Shown here piece after piece: positions 20,613-30,010 of a stretch of 62,940 bases of DNA. The DNA is from Armatimonadota bacterium (GTDB taxonomy: Bacteria > Armatimonadota > SYMT01), in NCBI GenBank assembly GCA_046292385.1, contig JBKBRF010000040.1, forward strand, positions 1 through 62,940, read 5' to 3'. The translations under genes were made by a program, and so were the position numbers. Under the pieces are notes generated by a model that was not told the DNA's origin, ran no database searches, and saw only the letters and a program-made list of their open reading frames with translations. The first letter of the stretch is position 1. Every line of letters begins with the position of its first letter.

Positions 20613-20866
20613 GGGGGTTCCCCCTGCGCCCTTGTCCCTCGGACCAGCCCTCCCGCGACTTGGCCCTCCGCGGCCTTTTCACCCTCCGCTTCGCTCCGTT
20701 AGCAGGCCGCTCCGGGAGCTCACTTCGTCAGGCTCTGCCCGCGCCATTTGCGGGCGTTTGTTTCGGAGTTGGCGTTCACGGGCTGGTCCGAGGGCCTTCG
20801 AGCGACCCTCCCCCTCCGGGGAGGGTCACAGGTGAGCACCGTCGCTCCCGCTCCGGTGCTCTTGGG
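20613..20866. repeat. Structured dispersed repeat, copy 3
   Basis: Helix CCCTCGGACCAGCCC (20636-20650) / GGGCTGGTCCGAGGG (20780-20794). Confidence 0.85.
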
Positions 20867-20895
20867 TTTCTGGCTGCTCAAGTTTTGAGAGGGCT

Positions 20896-22164
20896 ATGGC
20901 TTTGATGAGTGCGGTGATGCTGGATCAGTTTGCGGCGGCGGAGCGGGAGCGGCAGGCTCGGATCGAGCGGGGGTGGCGGCGGTATCACGGGGAGTGGCCG
21001 GATCCGCTGCGGCCGACGCGGTCCGATCCGCGGGGTGAGGACAACATCCGGCTCAACTTTGCGCGGCTCATCGTGGACAAGGGGGCGGGGTTCCTCTTTC
21101 GCGGGGAGCCGCGGCTGGAAGTCGACGGCGACGGGGATGGGGAGGCGGACCGGTGGCTGGCGCGCTGCTGGGAGGCGAACCGGAAGATGACGACGCTGCA
21201 CCGCCTGGCGGTGAACGGCGGCGTTTGCGGTCACGCCTTCCTCCGGGTGCGGCGGCAGCCGGGCGCGGAGTTTCCGCGGGTGGTGGTGCCGGACCCGGCG
21301 CACGTCTCAGTGCGGTGGGAAGCGGACGACTTCGAGGAGGTGACGGCGTATCACCTCCACTGGCACGGGGTCGATCCGAAGACGGCGCGGCCGGTGGCGT
21401 TCCGGCAGGTGCTGGAGCGGGACGGCGACCGCTGGCTGATTACGGACCAGGAGAGCCGCGGGGACGACGCGGCATGGGTGGACCGGGGGCCGCCGGAGGT
21501 GTGGCCCTTTGCGTGGCCGCCGCTCTTCGGCTGCCAGAACCTCCCGTGCCCAAACGAGTGGTGGGGGCTCTCCGACCTGGAAGAGGACCTGCTGCGGATC
21601 AACCAGGCGATCAACTTCGTGGCGAGCAACGTCGCCCGCATCCTGCGGCTCCACGCGCATCCGAAGACGTGGGGAAAGGGCTTCCAGGCGAGCGAGCTGT
21701 CGATCGGGGTGGACGAGACGATCGTGCTGCCCGACCCCTCGAGCGAGCTGCAGAACCTGGAGATGAAGAGCGACCTGGCGAGCAGCCTGGAGCTGTTCCG
21801 GGAACTGCGGGGAACCCTGCACGAGTTGGCGCGCGTGCCGGAAGTGGCGACCGGCAAGGTGGAGGACCTGGGCCAGCTTTCCGGCCTGGCGCTGCAAATC
21901 CTGTACGGTCCGCTGGTGGAGCTGACGGAGACGAAGCGGCTCCTCTACGGCGAGTTGCTGCAGGAGGTGAGCCGGCGGCTGCTGGAGCTGGGCGGCTTCG
22001 GCACGAACCACCGCGTGCGGGTCTACTGGCCGGAGGTGCTCCCGCGGGACCCCCGCGGCGAGGCGGAGACGGCCCGGCTCTATGCGGAGCTGGGGGTGAG
22101 CCGGGAGACGCTGCTGGCGCGGCTCGGCTTCGATCCGGAGGCGGAGGCGCGGAGGTCGGGCTGA
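20896..22164 (+). CDS. Portal protein (SPP1 gp6-like)
   Basis: YHG, NFARLIVD...FLF, WGLSDL, SGLAL, WPEVLPRD motifs; follows TerL. Confidence 0.88.
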   Translation: MALMSAVMLDQFAAAERERQARIERGWRRYHGEWPDPLRPTRSDPRGEDNIRLNFARLIVDKGAGFLFRGEPRLEVDGDGDGEADRWLARCWEANRKMTTLHRLAVNGGVCGHAFLRVRRQPGAEFPRVVVPDPAHVSVRWEADDFEEVTAYHLHWHGVDPKTARPVAFRQVLERDGDRWLITDQESRGDDAAWVDRGPPEVWPFAWPPLFGCQNLPCPNEWWGLSDLEEDLLRINQAINFVASNVARILRLHAHPKTWGKGFQASELSIGVDETIVLPDPSSELQNLEMKSDLASSLELFRELRGTLHELARVPEVATGKVEDLGQLSGLALQILYGPLVELTETKRLLYGELLQEVSRRLLELGGFGTNHRVRVYWPEVLPRDPRGEAETARLYAELGVSRETLLARLGFDPEAEARRSG

Positions 22165-22182
22165 GTGGGAGTGGATCCACAA

Positions 22183-22234
22183 CCGGGCGGTTGAAACCGC
22201 GGCAACAACGGCACGAAGTCTCCCTGCGGAGACT
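22183..22234. repeat. REP-like element, GGGCGGTTGAAACCGCGGC family, copy 2
   Basis: CCGGGCGGTTGAAACCGCGGCAACAACGGCACGAAGTCTCCCTGCGGAGACT. Confidence 0.8.
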
Positions 22235-22252
22235 TCCGGACGAGGAGGCGGG

Positions 22253-22660
22253 ATGGACGAGGAGCAGGGGCAGGCGCAGGAGGGTCACGGCGCTCCCGAG
22301 GGTGAGCGGCGGTTCAGCCAGGCGGAGGTCGATGCGCTGCTGCGGGAGCGGGACCAGGAGCTGGAGGCGGCGCGCTCCGAGCTGGCGGCGCGGGAGCAGG
22401 AGGCGCTGCGGAGCGCGGCAGCGGCACGGCACCGGCTGCCGGCGGAGCTGGCCGGCCGGCTAGTGGGGGCGAGCGAGGCGGAGCTGGAGGCGGACGCGCA
22501 GTCGCTGGCGCGGCTGGTGAGCGCGGGCGGGCAGTCGTCGGCGGCGAACCCGCCGGGCGGACGCAGCAGCGCGCTCTCGCTGGAGGCGGTGCGGAAGATG
22601 AGCCCGGCGGAGATCAACGCGCGCTGGGAGGACGTGCGGGGGGTGCTGGCGGGGCGGTAG
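22253..22660 (+). CDS. Capsid scaffolding protein
   Basis: FSQAEVD motif, coiled coil, LP..LA.RL.G..E.EL.ADA; lies between portal and capsid. Confidence 0.8.
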   Translation: MDEEQGQAQEGHGAPEGERRFSQAEVDALLRERDQELEAARSELAAREQEALRSAAAARHRLPAELAGRLVGASEAELEADAQSLARLVSAGGQSSAANPPGGRSSALSLEAVRKMSPAEINARWEDVRGVLAGR

Positions 22661-22673
22661 CTGGATTTCGAAC

Positions 22674-22990
22674 CTGGATTCACCGCAGAGACGCGGGGAG
22701 CGCGGAGAGAACCGGAACCAGGATCCGAACCGGGCTTACCGCCAAGAACGCCAAGCTCGCCAAGAAGAATGGGCCTGGCTCGCCTCCCGGCACGGTACAG
22801 CGACCCCGGTCCGAACCAGGATTCACCGCAGAGGTCGCTGAGGGCGCAGAGGGGACGCGGAGAGGGGAGGCAGCGGGTTGGGCCTGGTTTGCTTTACGTT
22901 TGCGGTGCAGCGGCCACGGTCCGGACCTTGATTTCACCGCAGAGGTCGCTGAGGGGACGCGGAGAGGGGAACCGGAGGGGGAAGCGGAGA
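22674..22990. repeat. Cluster of short repeats (TTCACCGCAGAG x3; CGCCAAG x3)
   Basis: TTCACCGCAGAG at about 22679, 22822 and 22933 with ACGCGG.GAG tails; CGCCAAGAACGCCAAGCTCGCCAAG at 22740. Confidence 0.7.
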
Positions 22991-23153
22991 GTTCGGGCTT
23001 GGACCGCCTCTCGATTGTGGTCCAGCGGCCCCGGTGTCTCCGCGCTTCCGGGGCCGGGCGGGACGGCTCGCCAGGTGGCGTGACGGGGTTGTGACGGGGT
23101 GATGGGGGACGGGGTCCGGTGCCGGGAGCGGCGCCGGCTGTGAGAGGAGACGG

Positions 23154-24014
23154 ATGGCGCTTACGAATTTCATTCCGGAGGTCTGGTCGGCGCGGCTGCT
23201 GGCCAACCTGCACAAGAACCTGGTGTACGGCCAGGAAGGGGTGATCAACCGCGACTACGAGGGCGAGATCGTGGAAGCGGGCGACACGGTGCGGATCAAC
23301 GCGGTGGGTCCGGTGACGGTCTCCGACTACACGCGCAACAGCGACCATGACACGCCGGAGACGCTGAGCGACGCGGAGACGATCCTGCAGATCACGCAGG
23401 CGAAGATGTTCAACTTCCAGATCGACGACGTGGACCGGGCGCAGCAGAAGCCTTCCGTGATGGACGGGGCGATGCGGGAGGCGGGCTACGCGCTGGCGGA
23501 TACGGCCGACCAGTTCATCGCCGGCAAGTACCTGGAGGCGGCCGCCGCCAACCTGATCGGCAGCACGGCGGCGCCGAAGACCGACCTGGGCACCGGCGGC
23601 CGGGCCTACGAGTACCTCGTCGACCTGAAGGTGAAGCTGGACGAGGCGAACGTGCCGCGGTGGGGCCGCTGGTGCGTGGTGCCGCCGTGGTACGAAGGGC
23701 TGCTGCTGAAGGACGACCGCTTCGTCTCCTACGGCACCGCCGAGAACCGGGAGAACCTGGCCAACGGCGAGGTGGGCCGCGCGGCGGGGTTCCGGCTCCT
23801 GGTCTCCAACAACGTGCCGAACACCACGGGAGCGAAGTTCCGGATCGTGGCGGGGCACCCGCTCGCCTGGAGCTTCGCGGAGCAGATCCGCAAGGTGGAG
23901 GCGTTCCGGCCGGAGCGGCGGTTCGCGGACGCGGTGAAGGGGCTGCACCTGTACGGCGTGAAGGTGGTGCGGCCGGTGGGGCTGGCGGTGTTGACGGCGG
24001 ATCAGCCGGCCTAA
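23154..24014 (+). CDS. Major capsid protein
   Basis: FIPEVWS, NRDYEGEI...GDTVRI, FQIDDVD, FADAVKGLHLYGVKVVRP. Confidence 0.92.
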   Translation: MALTNFIPEVWSARLLANLHKNLVYGQEGVINRDYEGEIVEAGDTVRINAVGPVTVSDYTRNSDHDTPETLSDAETILQITQAKMFNFQIDDVDRAQQKPSVMDGAMREAGYALADTADQFIAGKYLEAAAANLIGSTAAPKTDLGTGGRAYEYLVDLKVKLDEANVPRWGRWCVVPPWYEGLLLKDDRFVSYGTAENRENLANGEVGRAAGFRLLVSNNVPNTTGAKFRIVAGHPLAWSFAEQIRKVEAFRPERRFADAVKGLHLYGVKVVRPVGLAVLTADQPA

Positions 24015-24096
24015 GTCTTCGGTCTGCGAGGGGTTGAGCCGGGTGGATTCGCACCCGCCCGGCCCAACCCCATCTGTCCGGAGCAGACTTCATCCC

Positions 24097-24370
24097 GAGG
24101 GACCGCCCCGAGCCCTAGTCTCTCGTCGCAGCCCTCCCGCGTCAGAGGCCCTCCGCGGCCCTTTCACGCTCCGGCTCCGCCTCCGCTAGCGGGCTGCTCC
24201 GGGTGTTCACCCCGGCATGCTCTTCCCGCGCCAGGAGGCTCTTACCGATTTCGATGACGTTGTTCACGGGCTGCGGCGAGAGCCGTCGAGCTGCCACCCC
24301 GCGACCCGCAAGCGGGTACCCCGGGTGGCCACAGGGTGTCCGCCTACGCTTCGCTCCGGCGGACCTGGGT
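24097..24370. repeat. Structured dispersed repeat, copy 4
   Basis: Helix CTCTCGTCGCAGCCC (24120-24134) / GGGCTGCGGCGAGAG (24268-24282). Confidence 0.85.
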
Positions 24371-24430
24371 TGCGTTGCCCCGGATGCGAGTTTCTGAAGT
24401 TTAGGTTGTAGCGACTAAAGAGGAGTTCCT

Positions 24431-24823
24431 ATGGCAAATGCCAGTGCGATTGCGGTGACGGATCTGGTGGCGAACGGGGCTGCGGCGCGGCCGGTGGGGG
24501 ACGTGCTCGATACGGGGACGGGAACGGTGACACTTTCGGCGCCGGTGGCCGGGGAGAGTGACCGGGTGGTGCTGGAGGTGACGAACACGCAGGGCGCGGC
24601 GGCGCTGCAGGTGGCGGTGAAGGCGGGCGCGAACCCGCCGGCGTTCCGGGCCGGGCTGGGGGACTACGTGCCCTCGGCGCTGGCCGCGGGCGCCACCGCG
24701 CTGTACGGCCCGTTCGAGAGCGCCCGCTTCGTCGGAGCCGGCGGCGCGCTACAGGTCGCGTTCACGCCCGCCTCCGGGACGATCGGCGCGACAATCCGCT
24801 GCTACCGGCTCCCGAAGGCCTGA
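24431..24823 (+). CDS. Virion structural protein (possible capsid decoration)
   Basis: AGGAG RBS; beta-rich; GPFESARF motif; directly after the capsid gene. Confidence 0.7.
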   Translation: MANASAIAVTDLVANGAAARPVGDVLDTGTGTVTLSAPVAGESDRVVLEVTNTQGAAALQVAVKAGANPPAFRAGLGDYVPSALAAGATALYGPFESARFVGAGGALQVAFTPASGTIGATIRCYRLPKA

Positions 24824-24825
24824 CG

Positions 24826-25362
24826 GTGGCGCGGAGCACGATGGCTCCCCTGCTTTCGCGCCTGCGCGGGCTCATCGGAGACCCGGCGGGCGCGGGGCAG
24901 GCATGGAGCGATGACGAGCTGCAGGATGTGGCCGACGGCTGCCGGGAGGAGGCGCGGTACCTCCCGCTTGCGCCGGAGGAGACGCGGGCTGCCGGCGGCG
25001 GGGCAGCGTATCTCTCGTTTTCGGCGCCCACGGGCGACTGGGAAGAGGGACCGGAGCTGTATGACGCAACATATCAGGTGCTCATACCGGCGATCTCCGA
25101 CTGCCGCGCCGGTCGCTGGCGCTTCGAGACGGAGCCGGCACGGCCGGTGACGCTGACGGGCCGCACTTTCGACCTCGCGAGGGCGGCGGCGGAGGTGCTG
25201 GAGGCGTGGGCGGCGCGGGTGAAGCGGGAGTACGACTTCGCCAGCTCCGACCAGCGGTTCGAGAGGGGCCAGCAGGCGCGGGCGATGCAGGAGCTGGCGG
25301 CACTCTATCGCCGCCGGGCACGGCCGCGGACGGCGGTCCAGACGAGGAGCGACGTAGGATGA
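24826..25362 (+). CDS. Putative head-tail adaptor
   Basis: LR.LIGD....WSDDEL, AAAEVLEAWA, YDF....Q.F.R; position in the operon. Confidence 0.7.
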   Translation: MARSTMAPLLSRLRGLIGDPAGAGQAWSDDELQDVADGCREEARYLPLAPEETRAAGGGAAYLSFSAPTGDWEEGPELYDATYQVLIPAISDCRAGRWRFETEPARPVTLTGRTFDLARAAAEVLEAWAARVKREYDFASSDQRFERGQQARAMQELAALYRRRARPRTAVQTRSDVG

Positions 25363-25712
25363 GTATGTTCACGCGCTGGTTCAAGAGCGCGACTTCCGAG
25401 TGGGTCAACGCCTCCGAGCTGGCCCCGCTGCCGATCCAGGTGCCGCTGGCTCCGGTGGGCGCCCACAGCGACGGCCTCGCCATCTCGGCGGCACAGACGC
25501 TAGCCCCGCCCGCGGGCGCGAGCCGCCTGCTGATCCAGGCGCTGGGCCAGAACGTGCGCTACACGCTGGACGGCACCACCCCCACCGCCTCGGCGGGCTT
25601 CCAGCTCCGCGCGGGAGATCCGCCGGTGCTGATCCCGATCGGCTCCGGCACGGTGGTGAAGGTGATCGAGGAGGCCGCCACCGCGGACCTCCAGTACCAG
25701 TGGGGGCGCTGA
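25359..25712 (+). CDS. Hypothetical virion protein
   Basis: VRYTLDGTTPTASAGF motif; ATGA overlap. Confidence 0.7.
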   Translation: MSMFTRWFKSATSEWVNASELAPLPIQVPLAPVGAHSDGLAISAAQTLAPPAGASRLLIQALGQNVRYTLDGTTPTASAGFQLRAGDPPVLIPIGSGTVVKVIEEAATADLQYQWGR

Positions 25713-26320
25713 TGCGGCCCCTGGGAACGCTGCTGACCCGGAGCGTGGCGGCACCGCTGGGGCTGGGACCGCGGGCGCCGGGAGGCGGTTTGCTCCTGCG
25801 GGATACGTTCACGGGGCCGGACGGCACCGCGCTGGCGGCACATCCGATGGAGATCGGGTCGGGCTGGACGGTCCACCAGGGCGGGGCCGCGCTGGCGGCG
25901 AACCGGGCGCGATTGGGCTCGCTCGGCTCGGGGCGGATGGTGGCGACGGCGTCCGCCGGACGGGCGAACGTCGCCGTGAGGCTGACCGTCAACAGCGGCG
26001 GCGCGCTGTCGCAGGGGCTGGTGCTGCGCTTCCAGGACCCGAGCAACTACTGGCTCCTGTACGTCACGGGCGCCGGCATGACGCTGCACGAGGTGAACGC
26101 GGGGAGCTTTGTGGTGCGGGCCCAGCGGGCGATCGCGCTCTCCGGGGGCACCGACTACCAGCTCGAGGCGGTCTGCGCCGGACTGACGATCAGCGCGACG
26201 CTGAACGGTGGAAACCCGATCCAGTATGCGTCCGCCACGCACCTCCAGACAGCGGTGCGCTTCGGGCTCTACGGAGAGCAGGTGGGGCAGCAATTCGACC
26301 AATTCGAGGTGCGTCCATGA
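25712..26320 (+). CDS. Beta-sandwich (lectin-like) virion protein, possible head fibre
   Basis: DTFTG...GWTV, GLVLRFQD..NYW, FDQFEV; TGATG coupling. Confidence 0.65.
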   Translation: MRPLGTLLTRSVAAPLGLGPRAPGGGLLLRDTFTGPDGTALAAHPMEIGSGWTVHQGGAALAANRARLGSLGSGRMVATASAGRANVAVRLTVNSGGALSQGLVLRFQDPSNYWLLYVTGAGMTLHEVNAGSFVVRAQRAIALSGGTDYQLEAVCAGLTISATLNGGNPIQYASATHLQTAVRFGLYGEQVGQQFDQFEVRP

Positions 26321-26568
26321 AGCGGGCCGAGGTGCTGACCGAATGGGTGGGCAGCGGCGAGAGCACCGGCGATCCCCGCCGCCCCCGCGTGATAGACGTT
26401 TACCCGCCGCGGACGTGGTCTGACGTGACGGGCCAGGACGGCGGCGCGCTCCCTCCAGAGCCGAACGCGGTGGTGGTGGTGGAGCTGGTGTGCGACGACG
26501 CGGTGCTGGCGGCCCTGGAAGCCGACGCGGCCTACGCCGGCGCGGTGCTATGGAGCGAAGATGCGTAG
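26317..26568 (+). CDS. Hypothetical protein
   Basis: Coupled ORF within the operon. Confidence 0.6.
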   Translation: MKRAEVLTEWVGSGESTGDPRRPRVIDVYPPRTWSDVTGQDGGALPPEPNAVVVVELVCDDAVLAALEADAAYAGAVLWSEDA

Positions 26569-26749
26569 CCGGGAGCAGAGGATGACGGCAGCGGAGCTGG
26601 GCGCGCTGCGGAGCGCCCTCGCCCGGCGCGGACTGCTGCCAGCGCAGGTCGCTGCGGCGCTGGGGGCCGGAGTGGAGCCGGTGTCCCGGTGGGAAGTCGC
26701 CGCCCGCCTGAAGCGCTGGCTGGCGGGCCGGGCGCGGAGGCAGAGCTAG
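26561..26749 (+). CDS. Hypothetical protein
   Basis: Overlapping short ORF filling the gap in the operon. Confidence 0.5.
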   Translation: MRSREQRMTAAELGALRSALARRGLLPAQVAAALGAGVEPVSRWEVAARLKRWLAGRARRQS

Positions 26750-26751
26750 AG

Positions 26752-27114
26752 ATGGTTTCAGCAGACGAGTTGACGGCGCTGCGCGCCACCGTGGCGCAGA
26801 GCTTTACGGATACCGCGGTGCTGCTCCGCCGAACGGCGGCGGCAGACGGCCAGGGGGGAGCCACCGGAGCGTGGGCGGAGATTGCGACGATCTCCGGACG
26901 GCTGACGCCGCGGCACCTCCGCCCGCCCCGGGAGCGGTCCGAAGCCGGCGGCCTGCTGGCGGTGACGCACTGGCGCTGGCTGTGCGCGCACGATGCCGAC
27001 GTCACTCCGGAGGATCGGCTCCGCATCGGCGGCCTGGAGTACGAGGTGACGGAGACGAGCGCCCCACGCAGCGAGGCGGTGGAGCTGCGGGTGGAGCTGC
27101 AGCGGGTGCGGTAG
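26752..27114 (+). CDS. Head closure / head-tail joining protein
   Basis: DGQGG...W, DVTPEDRL.IGG..YEV motifs. Confidence 0.8.
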   Translation: MVSADELTALRATVAQSFTDTAVLLRRTAAADGQGGATGAWAEIATISGRLTPRHLRPPRERSEAGGLLAVTHWRWLCAHDADVTPEDRLRIGGLEYEVTETSAPRSEAVELRVELQRVR

Positions 27115-27235
27115 TCGGGAACTGAGTAGGGGTCAGAGGTCAGGTGCCAGGGATCATTTCCGAACTCCGATCTGAAGGAGCTCGCTACACACGTGCCTTC
27201 TAGTATGAGTGATGGAATATCGAGTATGAGAGAGT

Positions 27236-27673
27236 ATGGCGAGTGAGCTTCAGGCGGTGGACCGGGCGGTGACGTCAGTGCTGACGGCGGACGCAGACGT
27301 GAGCGAGGCCGTTGGGAACCGGATCTACGCGGGCGCGGCTCCCCAGGGGGCGGTGCAGCCGTACGTGGTTTTCCAGCGTGTGGGCGGGGCCGACCGGCCC
27401 GCGGTCGGCGGCGGCGAGACCGTCTGCTCCCGGACGGTGTACGCGGTGGAGGTGGTCGGCGCCGCGGGTGGCTTCGCGGAGCTGGACCCGGCAGCGGGGG
27501 CGGTGGACGCCTGCCTCTCGACCCTCGAGGAGAGCGTGTCGCTGGGGAGCGAGACCTACCGGGTGCGGGGAGCGGGGCGGGTGGATCCGGTGCGGCGGGT
27601 GGAGACGGTAGAGGGGAGGCGGTACTTCCACGTGGGAGGCCGGTACCGGATCTTTGCGCAGCGAGTCGGGTGA
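27236..27673 (+). CDS. Tail terminator (DUF3168-like)
   Basis: VGNRIY...APQGA..PYVVF motif. Confidence 0.8.
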   Translation: MASELQAVDRAVTSVLTADADVSEAVGNRIYAGAAPQGAVQPYVVFQRVGGADRPAVGGGETVCSRTVYAVEVVGAAGGFAELDPAAGAVDACLSTLEESVSLGSETYRVRGAGRVDPVRRVETVEGRRYFHVGGRYRIFAQRVG

Positions 27674-27747
27674 GGGGGTGTGCTTGACGTTTCGAGCAGT
27701 TGTCGAAGGCCTGCACTACCTTCCTGTCGAGGCGCAGCGTTGGCTCC

Positions 27748-28010
27748 GCGGGTCCGACCCCGCGCCCTTGTCGCCCGCTTCAGCCCTCCCGCGACTCTGG
27801 CCCTTCCACAGCCCTTTCACGCTGCGCCTGCGGCTCCGCTAGCGGGCTGGTCCGGGCGTGCTCACCGGCGCGCTCTTGCCGCGCCACTGCGCTGCATCAC
27901 GGCAGAGGTTGGGTTCACGGGCTGAAGCGGGCGCCTTCGAGCGACCACCCCTGAAGCTCCAGGGGTGGTCACAGGGGGCACCCTCCGGCTTCGCCTTCGG
28001 GCGCCATGGG
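27748..28010. repeat. Structured dispersed repeat, copy 5
   Basis: Helix CGCCCGCTTCAGCCC (27772-27786) / GGGCTGAAGCGGGCG (27919-27933). Confidence 0.85.
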
Positions 28011-28076
28011 TTTCTGGCGCTGTCGGGGCAGATGTCTGAGCGCGATGGTTGGAACGCATTTGTGAAGGAGTGAGGG

Positions 28077-29048
28077 ATGGCGGAGCGGGCTTCGGTTCTG
28101 GAGCGGAGTCAGATCGGGGTGGAGGCGGTGCCGGGCACGGCGGTGGCGTGCGGGCACCGGTTGATGCTGACGCGGATCGAGCCGCGGCCGGTGGTGGCGG
28201 TGCGGCACCGGCGGGGGATCGGGAGCAAGTACGGGGTGGCGGCGGAGGCGGGGCGGGAGCACACGGAGGCGCGGCTGGAGGGGGAGGCGGGCTACAACGA
28301 GCTGGTCTACCTGCTGGCGGCGCATCTCTGCACGCCGGTCTTCGGCGGGTCGACGGCGACCTTCGTGCCGGATCCGTTCGGGCCGGACACGGTCCGGACG
28401 CTGACGGTGCAGGCGGGCACCTCCGCCCGGGCCGAGCAGTTCGACTACGGGATCGTGCGGACGCTGCAGCTTCGCTTCACCGGCACCGAAGTGGCGGTGA
28501 CCGGGGAGATGTTCGGCCGGGAGCTGGCGGAGGGGGCCGCGCTGACGCCCAACGCGGCGCCGGTCGGCACGGTGCTGATCGGGCCCGGCGACTGGAAGGT
28601 GCGGGTGGGCACGGCGATGAATGGCGGCGACCTGGCCGACCTGACGCGCGTGCTGGAGTGCGAGCTGCTCTCCCGGAACAAGTGGAAGCCCGGCTTCTTC
28701 GCCGGCGGCTCCGGCGAGGAGAGCTTCACCCGCGAGGTGGAGCTGGCGCCGGAGACGCGGGTGCGCCTGGCGCTGGAGCACGACGCGGTCTCCGCGGGCT
28801 TTATGGCGACGCTGCGCTCGGCGGAGAGCCGGCTGCTTCGGATCGAGGCGAACGGGCCGGAGGTGTCGCCCGGGACCGCCTACCAGCTCCGCATCGAGAT
28901 GCCGTTCCGCTTCGTGGAGTGTGACCGCGGGGACCGGGACGAGTTGTTCGGGAGCGTCTATACGCTGGAGCCGACTTACGACGCGGCGTTCAACGGGACG
29001 GGTGGGGTGATGAAGGTTTCGGTGACTTCGGGAGTGACCGGGTTTTAG
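28077..29048 (+). CDS. Major tail (tube) protein
   Basis: QIGVE..PGT N-terminus, TLTVQ.G; lies between terminator and chaperone. Confidence 0.75.
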   Translation: MAERASVLERSQIGVEAVPGTAVACGHRLMLTRIEPRPVVAVRHRRGIGSKYGVAAEAGREHTEARLEGEAGYNELVYLLAAHLCTPVFGGSTATFVPDPFGPDTVRTLTVQAGTSARAEQFDYGIVRTLQLRFTGTEVAVTGEMFGRELAEGAALTPNAAPVGTVLIGPGDWKVRVGTAMNGGDLADLTRVLECELLSRNKWKPGFFAGGSGEESFTREVELAPETRVRLALEHDAVSAGFMATLRSAESRLLRIEANGPEVSPGTAYQLRIEMPFRFVECDRGDRDELFGSVYTLEPTYDAAFNGTGGVMKVSVTSGVTGF

Positions 29049-29140
29049 ACCGTCTCTATGGGTGCTCGCGCTCTTCGAGAGCGGGTTCTCTTCGGGGTGC
29101 TTCCGTCTGCTTCGGTTGGTCTGTACCGCACTTCGGGGAC

Positions 29141-29415
29141 GGGATCTCACCGGGGTTCCACCCCGCGCCCTCACCGCCGGGAGCGGCCCTCCCGCGTGTT
29201 TGGCCCTCCCGCAGTCCTTTCACGCCCTGCGGGCTAGCGGACTGCTCCGGGCGTGCTCTCCGCTTTGCTGCGCTCCGCGTCCGCGGGCTGCGGCTGCTTC
29301 GGGGCTGCGATTCACGGGCCGCTCCCGGCGGCTCAAGCGACGGCCCCTCGCCAGGGACCGTCACAAAGGGAACCCTCCGGCGCTGCTTGCGCAGCGCCTC
29401 CGGGCTCCGTGGGGG
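29141..29415. repeat. Structured dispersed repeat, copy 6 (subtype A)
   Basis: Helix CCGCCGGGAGCGGCCC (29174-29189) / GGGCCGCTCCCGGCGG (29316-29331), compensatory relative to copy 1. Confidence 0.85.
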
Positions 29416-29498
29416 CTGTGTTCATTGGACACTGCGGGTGGCCGCTTTCGCTCGCGCTGCTGAGGTGGTGCGGGCTTTTCTGTGTTCTGGAGGCGTGG

Positions 29499-29819
29499 AT
29501 GCCGGAGCTGGGGCTGCTGCAGGTGGAGCGGGCGGAGGTGCGGGTGGAGTTTGGGGAGCAGGCGCTCTGCGTCGGCTACCGGCCGGGGGCGGTGACGGTG
29601 GCGCTGCTCGACTCGCTGGAGAGCGGGATGCGGGTGGAGGAGGCGGTGGCGGCGCTGCTCTGCGATTGGGACCTCTCGGATGGCGCGACTCCGGTGCCGG
29701 TGCAGGCGGAGGCGCTGCGGCGGGTGCCGCTGCCGATCCTGCGCCGCGTGCTGGAGTCGGTGCTGGAGGACGCGCTCCCAAAGCCGCCGCGTGCCGCCGC
29801 CTCCGCCAGTTCCTGGTAA
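29499..29819 (+). CDS. Tail assembly chaperone (gpG-like)
   Basis: GGAGG RBS; LL.DWDL.D...P.P motif; slippery C-CCA-AAG near the 3' end. Confidence 0.75.
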   Translation: MPELGLLQVERAEVRVEFGEQALCVGYRPGAVTVALLDSLESGMRVEEAVAALLCDWDLSDGATPVPVQAEALRRVPLPILRRVLESVLEDALPKPPRAAASASSW

Positions 29820-30010
29820 GCGGCGGCACGCGGGGTGAGTGCCCGGCGTGGTACCGACTGCTCCGGGCGGCGCGGTACCTGGGAGCGGCTCCGTGGGAGC
29901 TGCTGGGCCGGGAGGCGTTCTGGCTGCACGCGGCGCTGGAGGCGGAGCATGCGGAGCGCTGGGCGGAGTACGAGCGGGAGCGGCGATCGGCCGCGGTGGG
30001 AGGGAGATAG
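29777..30010 (+). CDS. Tail assembly chaperone -1 frameshift extension (gpT-like)
   Basis: The -1 frame is open from CCCAAAG (29777-29783): PKAAAC...PAWYRLLRAARYLGAAPWEL, stopping directly before the tape measure start. Confidence 0.75.
   Translation, partial: PKAAACRRLRQFLVSGGTRGECPAWYRLLRAARYLGAAPWELLGREAFWLHAALEAEHAERWAEYERERRSAAVGGR

Noticed and set aside
20715..20740. Hammerhead ribozyme core (CTGACGA on the minus strand of repeat copy 3)
   Set aside because: It falls in a variable hairpin and is absent from the other seven copies
22674..22990. Possible CRISPR array
   Set aside because: The repeats are degenerate and irregularly spaced, have no uniform unique spacers, and no cas genes are present
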